Made by a program: the position numbers and the translations under genes
Notes under the pieces: generated by a model
Database searches by the model: none
Seen by the model: the letters and a program-made list of their open reading frames with translations, nothing else
What the model was told of the DNA's origin: nothing
Assembly: GCA_963737655.1 (NCBI GenBank)
Contig: CAVTTN010000002.1
Span: 2,592,001 to 2,656,000 of the forward strand
Source: an uncultured Planctomycetota bacterium
GTDB lineage: Bacteria; Planctomycetota; Planctomycetia; Isosphaerales; Isosphaeraceae
Length of the DNA stretch: 64,000 nucleotides
Direction of reading: 5' to 3'
Shown: one piece after another, positions 21,692 to 29,333 of the stretch
Position numbering within the stretch: position 1 is the stretch's first letter
Layout: each line of letters opens with the position of its first letter

Positions 21692-23094
21692 CTAACGCTC
21701 ACCATGGAGGGGATCATCCTCCGAATCGGAGGGAATCTGTCCTCCCAATGAACGTTTCGGGGTCTCTTGGGAGGGCTTCTCGCGGCGACCCCTGAGGAGG
21801 CGGGCGGCCACCGCGGCGGCCACCGCCTGGCCGGCGGGCGTCAGCGACCAGGTCGTCTCCCCGCCCTCGCGGCGGAACTCCAGCAGGCCGCCCTCGCGGA
21901 GGCGGTCCCGGGCGTCGCGGAGGGTCTTGGGCCGGTGGCCGGCCGCCCCGGCGCGGTCCTGGACCTCCCGGCTCGGCAGGGGGCGGCGGGCCAGCACGCC
22001 GAGGATCCAGTCCCCCGCCGCCGCGGTCTTCGGCGGCCTGGGCGGCGCCCCCGCGCCAGGTACCTCTCCGGGTCGATCGTCACGCGGGCCTTGCCCATCG
22101 ACAGGGCCTTGAGATTTCGGGGCGAGTGCTCCTCGAGCCATCGGGGCGGGCCCGCCGCGGCGGCCCGGGCCGCCATCGCCTCGAGCAGCGCCCGGGGCCG
22201 GCCGGGGCCGAGGCCGGGGGGCAGGCCGTCGAGCCAGTCGGCGACGTCGGCCTTCTCCGCCGGGGGAGGGAATGCCGGGTCGATGCCCGCCATGGCGTCG
22301 AGGTCGACGATGGTCACCGCGGCAGGCCGGGGGTTCGGTCGGCGGGCCTTGGCGACGACCGCCGCGGCCCACCGCCGCCCGGCCCTGTCGTGGTCGGGCA
22401 CCACGACGACCCGCCTGCCGGCCAGGGGCTGCAGGGTGGTCCGGCCGACGGCGTCGGCCCCGAAGGCGGGCGTCGTCGCGACCAGGCCGATCGCCCGGAG
22501 TCGGTCGGCGCACTGCTCGCCCTCGCAGACCCAGACCTCGTCGGCGGCCAGGACCTCGGGCAGGCCGTAGAGCGGGAGGCGCGCCCCGTTGGGCTGCTCG
22601 AGGGCCCATCGGCCGTCGGGGCGGCGGACGGCGGTCCGGAACTGCTTGGGGCCACCGTCGCGGGGGCGGAACCGGAGCACGGCGAAGTGCGGCGTGCCGT
22701 CGCGGCGGCGGTAGGGGTACGTCGCGACGTGGTCCCAGGGGCGGGTCCGCAGGACGTAGGCGAGGGCGTCCTCCAGGGTCGCGTTCAGCCGCCTACCCCG
22801 CCCGTGCGGCCCCGGGCGCGTCGAAGGCCGGGCGTCGGCCCATCGCGGCAGAGGCAGGCCGATCGCCGCGGCGACGTCCTCTCGCGGGCAGCCGGCGCGG
22901 CAACGGCAGGTCACGCCGCGGTGGTCGTGGGTCACGGCGAGCGAGGGGCGACGGTCGGCGTGCGCCGGGCAGGTGCCCTCGTACTGGGGCCGGCCGCCGC
23001 GGCCCGGGGCCGCCGGCCGGAGCCTCCGGTCGCCGACCTCGTACGCCGATCGGGACCGCTCGAACGCCTCGCGGCCCGCCGCCTCGTCCGCCAT
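21692..23094 (-). CDS. Zinc-finger + Toprim primase-like protein with frameshifted C-terminal wHTH; no helicase domain seen
   Basis: CPAHADRRPSL..CRAGC; PLYGLPEV..ADEVWVCEGEQCAD; VVVPDHDRAG; KADVADWL; wHTH in ORF 21692-22609. Confidence 0.8.
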
Positions 23095-23310
23095 GGGCGT
23101 GCGCCTCCTCGCCCCCCCTCGCGACGCGGGGACGACCCCATTCTTCGGGACCGCGGCCCCGGGACGGCAAGCCGGACGCGTAGCCTCTCTTCCTGCCGGA
23201 CGGCGACCTCCGCGGGGGCGCCGAGGATCGGCGAGCCGACCGCCTCCGCCCTGCGTACCGGAGGGGCCGTGCCGGGATCGGGGTGGACGCGGCGTCCACG
23301 CCCGGGGAGG

Positions 23311-23451
23311 CTACACGTCATCGATCTCGGCGTCGCTCTCCAGTGGGTGGTACCCGGCCGGGGGCGTGGCGTCGTCCTCGTCGGGGCCCTCGCCGAGGGT
23401 GATGATGTAGCCGGCCGGGCCGGCCTCGGTGATGTCCTCGGCCCGGCTCAT
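23311..23451 (-). CDS. Small acidic hypothetical protein (46 aa)
   Basis: GAGGAAGCC-ATG RBS; MSRAEDITEAGPAGYIITLGEGPDEDDATPPAGYHPLESDAEIDDV. Confidence 0.4.
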   Translation of the reverse strand: MSRAEDITEAGPAGYIITLGEGPDEDDATPPAGYHPLESDAEIDDV

Positions 23452-23483
23452 GGCTTCCTCAGACGCGAGGCCCATCCCTTGCC

Positions 23484-25626
23484 TCAGGGATTCGCCTTCG
23501 CCGGCAGCTTATCCACATCACTCCACAACGCCTTCCACTCCGCTCGCTCGGCGTCCGGCAGCCTGGAGAGGCCGGCCTCGTCGCGGACGCCGGAGAGGTC
23601 GGCGTCCTTCTTCCACCGGCCGAGTTTCTGCAAGATGACGGCCCGATTCTTCCCGGGATCGGCCTCCAGGGACCGCGACCACGCCGCCAGGTCCTCGCGG
23701 AGCCAGCCCAGGGCCTTCGCCCGCAGGGCCGCGCGGGCGGCCTCGTCGGGCTTCGGCTCGTCCTTGCCCTCGCCGCACCCGGCCAGCGACGCGGCGCAGG
23801 CGGTGTTGTAGCGATGCCCGCCCTGGCGGTCGTCGCCGAGTCTTCGGGTCAGCGGATAGCGCCTCGCTCCGGAGCCGTGTGGCCCCGGCATGCCGGCCCT
23901 GATCGTAGGCCATCTGGGCCAGGACCAGCCCCTCGGCGGCATCCTTCGGCCGATCCGTCCCGGCCAGGACGCCCCGAAGCTGGCCCGCCAGCGCCACCAG
24001 CCGCTCGGCGTCGCGGACCCACTGATCCGACGGGTAGGACCATCCCTTCTGCTTCGAGCCGAGCTCGTGGCCGAGTCGGAGCTCGGCGAGCGACTCGATG
24101 TATTCGCCGCGACTTCGAAGGAGATGCCCCAGGTTGCCGTGCGCGTCGGCGTACTTGGGGTCGATGCGGATGGCGTCGCGGTAGGCCGCCTCCGCCTGCG
24201 ACGCGCGGCCCTGGGGGAGGAGGGCGTTCCCGAGGTTGTAGTGCGCCATGGCGTGCTTGGGGTCGAGCCGGATGGCCTCGCGATACTCCACCTCCGCCTC
24301 CTCCAAGCTGCCCCGGGCGCGGAGCTTGGCCCCGAGGCAGACATGCGCAGTGGCGTTCTTGGCGTCGAGGCGGATGGCCTCGCGGCCCTACTGGTCGATC
24401 AGGAAGGCCCCGCCGCCGACGACGGTCGCCACCATGAGCGAGGCCGCGGCGCCGATCGTCATTCGCAGGCGGGCGCGGTCGGCCCGGGCCTTGGTACGTT
24501 CGGCCTCGGCTTTGGTCCGCTCGACCTCGGCCCGGGCGTCGGCCTCGACCCGGGCGATCTCGGCGGCGCGGAGCCGGGCCTGGACGGCCGCCAGGTGCGA
24601 GGCGATCGCTTCGGCGACCTCGGAGGCGTCGGTGGGGCGGTCGATCGGCTCCCGGGAGAGGCAACGATTGGCCAGGGCGATCAGGTCGGGGTCGGCCCCG
24701 CTCCGGTCGAGCCGGTCTCGGGCGTCGTCGAGGTCGGCGAACTCGGCCTTGCGGAAGGTCTCGGCGTGGTTTCGGCCGACGTAGGCGGGCTTGCCGGTCA
24801 GGATCTCGCAGAGGATGGCTCCGAGGCTGAAGACGTCGGAGGGCTTGCCCATCCGCTCGACCTCGCCGCGGGCCTGCTCCGGCGGCATGAACGACGGCGT
24901 GCCCATCCGCGAGCCGGCGGAGGTCTCGGCGGCGTCGGAGCCGTCGCGGCCGGAATCGATCACGCTGACGAGCGATTCCGTGTCGATGTGAGGCGCCGGC
25001 TCGGTCGTCCCGCCGGTGGTGAAGACCTTGGCGAGGCCCCAGTCCATCACCTGGACCTCGCCGAAGGCGCCAACCATGATGTTCGGCGGCTTCAGGTCGC
25101 GGTGGATCACCCGCTTCGAGTGGGCATAGGCGACCGTCTGCGCGATCTGGTGGAAGATCCCCACGAACCGGGGGAAGTCGTCGGCCGGCGAGGGCCGCTC
25201 CTTCAGGAGGGCCGTGAGGGTCCGGCCCTTCACGAGCTTCATGGCGAAGAACGGGCGGTCGTCGGGGAAGACGCCGATGTCGTGGATCGGGACGATCCCC
25301 GGGTGCTGCAACTGGCCGCCAATTTGAGCCTCCTCGAAGAACCGGCGGAGGATGTCGGGGCGGTCGCGGTGCCTCTCCAGGAGGACCTTGAAGGCCAGGT
25401 CCCGATTCAGCTCCAGGTCCCGGCCCTTCAGGGCCGCGCCCATCCCGCCGCGAGCGATCTCGCCGAGGATCTGGTATCGGCCGGCGGAGGCGGTGGGGTC
25501 GGGCCCTTCGGCTCCGGGTTCGGAGCCGTTCTCCCCGAGGTGGACGCTCGGAGGCTCCACCCCGGAGGGCGCGACGGTGTCCAGAGTCCGCGGGTCGTCG
25601 GTGAGGGAACGAAGGTCTCGGGCCAC
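23484..25626 (-). pseudogene. TPR Ser/Thr kinase 3, paralog of kinase 2, with internal deletion and frameshifts
   Basis: Kinase domain very similar to 13500(+); stop after the TM (24388); TPR and C-terminal parts in ORFs 23518-24306 and 23484-24344. Confidence 0.8.
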
Positions 25627-25816
25627 GGGTTGCTGTCGGGCATGAGGGCGGCCTCCCCGGCGTCCTTGAGATCACGTCGTCGTGAACCATCCGATGGACG
25701 GATCAGATTATCGGGGGCGGTGTCGCGGGTCCAGCCCACCCGACGGAGTCGGCGGCCCTCCGGGCTCGGGCGAGAGTCGGAAAAGGGGACGTTGTAGAAT
25801 GCCATGAAGTTAGTGG

Positions 25817-26497
25817 TTATTTCTTTATCGCGAAGAGGAGCAAATGCTCTTCCAGCATGATGTTGAGCTCCTCGGGGCCGTGGCGTGCGAGCGGACCCAG
25901 GGCGCCCTGGAGCACCCACAGCCCCGCCAGCATCCCGCCGGTCGTGACCGGCACACCCCTCTTGGTCTGCCGGCCGCTCAGCCGCATCAGCAGCGCCTTG
26001 AACCCCTCCGACTCCGCGTCGCGCCGCCGCCCCAGCGCCAGATCGACGCGCAGGCGGCCAGCGCGATCAGCTTCTTCTTCAGGACCCGCCCGCCGTCGCG
26101 CTGCAGCCGGCCCTCCAATTGCCAGCCGGCCGACTTGAGCAGCTTGTGCAGGCCCTCGATCCGCCACCGGAAGTCGGACCACCGGGCGACGGCCGCGGCG
26201 TCGCCAAGCTCGGCCGGCGCGTTGCTCAGCAGCAGCCAGCGGGCCAGCACGCGGCCCTCGAGGTCGCGGACCTCGGCCACCACCGGTCATCGCAGAACCG
26301 GTACGGTTTCTGGGCGAAGGAGGCCGGTCGCATGCCGGCGACCGAGGCCCCCGACCCCGGCGCGGTCGCGCAGCCGGCCTTGCCGAACCCCTTGACCAGG
26401 ACGGCGTAAGACCGCTGGAGCCGGACCTCCAGGCGGGTCGGAAGGAGATCATGCGATCTCTTTTACCACCACCGCCGGACTTGAGTAGAGACCAATG
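25817..26497 (-). mobile_element. Internally deleted IS4-like transposase remnant
   Basis: RWLLLSN..WRIEGLHKLLKSAGWQLE and LMRLSGRQTKRG; N-terminal piece at ~26290-26470. Confidence 0.6.
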
Positions 26498-26581
26498 CCG
26501 AGGGGCCGAGGTCGCCCGCTCATCCCGTGGGCACGGGTCCGCAGTCCGCGCAGGGCCGCCGATGCGCCCCCCGGGGGGCCT

Positions 26582-26612
26582 GACACAACGTGTCCGGCCT
26601 CGACGCTAGGAT
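26582..26612 (+). promoter_or_regulatory. Putative WYL-regulator operator/promoter: palindrome GACAC-AAC-GTGTC overlapping TGTCCG-N10-TAGGAT
   Basis: Motif geometry resembles the PafBC-type TGTCGG-N10-TANNNT; lies about 110 bp upstream of the WYL gene. Confidence 0.5.
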
Positions 26613-26723
26613 TGGCCCGGGGCGACGAATCGGGCGGCGATCACCGCCCTCCACTGGATCGGCGGATGAGGACTTGTCATGCTGGGCCGGCCCGAACCGA
26701 CGACCCGCCGGGGCCCCGCGACG

Positions 26724-27767
26724 ATGCCGCGAGACGAGACCTGCCTGCGCCGCCAGTGGGCGCTGCTCCGCGCCCTGTCGGCCGCAAGGACCGGCCTGAC
26801 CCTCCGCGAGATGGCCGCCGAGCTCGGCGTGACCGAGCGGACGATCCGCCGCGACCTCGACGTCTTCCGCGACGTCGGATTCCCCCTGGAGGAGCAGGTC
26901 GGCGACTTCGGCCGCAAGGCCTGGAGGGTCCGGCCGGGCGTCGGCCCCCCGCTGGCGTTCACCTTCGACGAGGCGGTCGCGCTGCACCTCGGCCGCAGGC
27001 TGCTGGAGCCCCTGGCCGGCACCTTCTTCGGGGACGCCTCCCTTAACGCGTTCCGGAAGATCCGCGCCGCCCTGGGCACCGAGGCCCTCCGCTACGTCGA
27101 TCGCTTCGCGGGCACCTTCTACCAGGCCGGCGTCGGCCTCGGCGACTACAGGGCCAAGGCCGAGCTGATCGACGCCCTGGTCGTCGCCGCCGAGGACTCG
27201 CGCGAGGCCCGGATCGTCTACCGCTCCGAGGGCGAGGCCGGGGCGTCGCCGCGTGAGGTCCGGCCCTTCGGCGTGGTGTACCACCGCGGGGCGCTGTACC
27301 TGGTCGCCGAGGACGCGGCCCAGGGGCGGATCAAGCACTACAAGATCGACCGGGTCGAGGAGGCCGAGGCCCTGGGCCGGAGGTTCGAGCGGCCCGAGGG
27401 CTTCGACCTGGCCGAACACATGGCCGCGGCCTTCGGCGTCTATCGGAACGGGGAGCCGACGGCGGTGAAGGTCCGCTTCGGGCCGGCGGCGGCGCGGTAC
27501 GTCCGCGAGGCCCGCTGGCACGAGAGCCAGGCCCTGACGGACCTGCCCGACGGCGGGGTCCTGGCCGAGTTCACCGTCTCCGGGACCGAGGCGATCAAGC
27601 GCTGGGTCCTCGGCTTCGGCGCCAAGGCCGTCGTCGTCGAGCCAGACGCCCTGAGGAGAGAAATCCAGCAGGAACTGGAGGAGACCCTTTCGGCCTACAG
27701 GGGCCCCGAATGCAGCAGCGCAACGCGAAGAGCCGCATCTCCGGTCGGCGACCGGCACCAACGCTGA
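26724..27767 (+). CDS. HTH-WYL-WCX transcriptional regulator
   Basis: TLREMAAELGVTERTIRRDL HTH; VRPFGVVYHRGALYLVA, YKIDRV; WVLGFGAKAVVVEPDALR. Confidence 0.92.
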   Translation: MPRDETCLRRQWALLRALSAARTGLTLREMAAELGVTERTIRRDLDVFRDVGFPLEEQVGDFGRKAWRVRPGVGPPLAFTFDEAVALHLGRRLLEPLAGTFFGDASLNAFRKIRAALGTEALRYVDRFAGTFYQAGVGLGDYRAKAELIDALVVAAEDSREARIVYRSEGEAGASPREVRPFGVVYHRGALYLVAEDAAQGRIKHYKIDRVEEAEALGRRFERPEGFDLAEHMAAAFGVYRNGEPTAVKVRFGPAAARYVREARWHESQALTDLPDGGVLAEFTVSGTEAIKRWVLGFGAKAVVVEPDALRREIQQELEETLSAYRGPECSSATRRAASPVGDRHQR

Positions 27768-27815
27768 CCAGGCTCGTCCCTGGTTGGGCCATCGTCCTGG
27801 GCCTCCCGACTGAAG

Positions 27816-27916
27816 GGGGCGAACGCCCGGAGGCGTCGTGGTCAGGTGAAAGAGCGGGCCTTGCGACGACCTCGCTTTTCTGCTCAACGCCGATACGGCG
27901 TCTTCTGTCGAGTCGG
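27816..27916 (-). ncRNA. CRISPR-like regulatory mini-array (CreA/CreR-type crlRNA): degenerate repeat 1 (27916-27880), 28-nt spacer (27879-27852), degenerate repeat 2 (27851-27816)
   Basis: R1 CCGACTCGACAGAAGACGCCGTATCGGCGTTGAGCAG keeps the TTGAGCAG handle and a hairpin; R2 TTTCACCTGACCACGACGCCTCCGGGCGTTCGCCCC aligns to the main repeat with a covaried hairpin. Confidence 0.8.
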
Positions 27917-27961
27917 GAGTCGGCCCAGGACGGCCGGATACGGATTTTGCCAGAGGGCTGG

Positions 27962-28024
27962 TTGTCAGTCGAGCCTCCTCAGCCGATAGTAATGGCGGAG
28001 GTTCGAGCCTACCTCGCTTTTCGT
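27962..28024 (+). promoter_or_regulatory. Putative sigma/cas operon promoter (TTGTCA-N17-GATAGT) followed by the crlRNA target (28011-28021) and PAM (28022-28024)
   Basis: -35 at 27962-27967, -10 at 27985-27990; ACCTCGCTTTT identical to 27869-27879. Confidence 0.6.
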
Positions 28025-28037
28025 TGGGAGACTAGAG

Positions 28038-28606
28038 ATGTCGGGACCAATTCCGATCGACTGGACGCCGGGGTCGCCCTTCATGCGGCTGCTCCAGGGC
28101 CTCACGGCTCGTTTCTCGAGCCGATGGGGGCCGGACGATCCATGGGAGGCGCTCTCCGACGTGTGGCTGGGGATACGGCGGGCCTTCGACGGGCAGGGGT
28201 TCGTGGATCCGTGTAGCGGCCTCCTTCGGACGGTCGTGGCGCGAGGGGTCATCAATCACTTCCGAAGTCGCGGAGTCAGGCCGCCCCGTCAACTTGCCTT
28301 CTCCTCGTTGGAGGCCCCTGAGGCTTTGCAGGTCGCCTCGGGCCATCGGGCGCCCGTCGAGGAGGTGATCGCCCGCGAAGGACGTCGCCTGATCGAGGCC
28401 CGGATCTCTGGGATGCCCCCCGCCAGGGCCGAGGCCGTCCGATCCCGCCTGGGGTATCCGGGGGCCCCGAGCCCTCGGAACTGGCCCAGATGCAGGGCAA
28501 GACCCGCCAGAGCGTGTACAAGCAGGCCGAGAAGGGCCTCTCGGACCTCCAACACTTCGCCGAGAGTTATTGCCTCGATCCGCGCCCCCAGGCGACGCCG
28601 CGATGA
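28038..28606 (+). CDS. Sigma-70/ECF-like sigma factor; one frameshift (~28475) makes it look fused to cas6
   Basis: Region 2-like LLRTVVARGVINHFRSR; region 4-like ISGMPPARAEAVRSRLG...ELAQMQGKTRQSVYKQAEKGLSDL in the -1 frame, stop at 28604-28606. Confidence 0.7.
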
Positions 28607-28622
28607 GGCGGAGGGAAAGACC

Positions 28623-29330
28623 ATGCCGACGATCGATCTTTCATTGGCCCTCCGGGGGGATACGATCCCCCTGGACTATGGGTATCCCCTCCTCTCGGCC
28701 CTGGCGAGGATCGTCCCCCAGATCCACGGGGACCGCAGGATCGGCGTCCACGGAGTCCGGGGCATCCGGCACTCGCCCCAGCGGCTGACGCTCGTGCGCC
28801 AGTCGCGATTGCGGCTGAGGATGCCGTCGGAGGAGATCCCGACCTACCTGGCCCTGGTCGGGGCCGAGATCGACCTGGACGGCTCCAGGTTATGGATCGG
28901 GCTCCCGGGGGCCGTCCGCGGCCCGGGGGGAGAGCGTGGGGCCCCGGTGGAGGCCATCCGGGTCGAGCCGCTCCGGCCCTCGGCGGACCTGTCCTCCCGG
29001 CTGGTCACGATCGGCCACTACCGCGAGCCGGGGCCGTTCGAGGAGGGCCTGAGACGGCAACTGGCCTCCCTGGGCGTCACCGCCGAGCCGAGCTTCCTCC
29101 CCTCGACCGACCCGAAGGGACGGGGCGGGCCCGAGAGGCGAGTCGTCCGGATCAAGGGGCGGAAGATCGTCGGCTTCCCGATCCGGATCTCGGGGCTGAC
29201 GGCTCAAGAGTCCATTCTTGTTCAGGAAAATGGGCTTGGATCGAGGAGGAGGATGGGCTGCGGCTTATTCGTCCCGACCCCGTCGCGATTAGCGACCGGG
29301 GCCCTTCCCCCGACCCCCTCCGAGGAGTGA
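28623..29330 (+). CDS. cas6: Type I-MYXAN Cas6 (Cmx6)
   Basis: IDLSLALRGDTIPLDYGYPLLSAL; C-terminal GLGSRRRMGCGLF; own RBS GGAGGG. Confidence 0.92.
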   Translation: MPTIDLSLALRGDTIPLDYGYPLLSALARIVPQIHGDRRIGVHGVRGIRHSPQRLTLVRQSRLRLRMPSEEIPTYLALVGAEIDLDGSRLWIGLPGAVRGPGGERGAPVEAIRVEPLRPSADLSSRLVTIGHYREPGPFEEGLRRQLASLGVTAEPSFLPSTDPKGRGGPERRVVRIKGRKIVGFPIRISGLTAQESILVQENGLGSRRRMGCGLFVPTPSRLATGALPPTPSEE

Positions 29331-29333
29331 GCG

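Noticed and set aside
19321..21717. 798-aa Arg/Pro/Gly-rich ORF and similar ORFs in 16.3-19.3 kb
   Set aside because: Low-complexity frames overlapping better-supported genes or GC-rich non-coding DNA
28038..29330. Apparent 430-aa sigma-Cas6 fusion ORF
   Set aside because: The sigma region-4 HTH lies in the -1 frame with its own stop (28606) and cas6 has its own RBS and ATG; a missing C in a homopolymer explains the fusion
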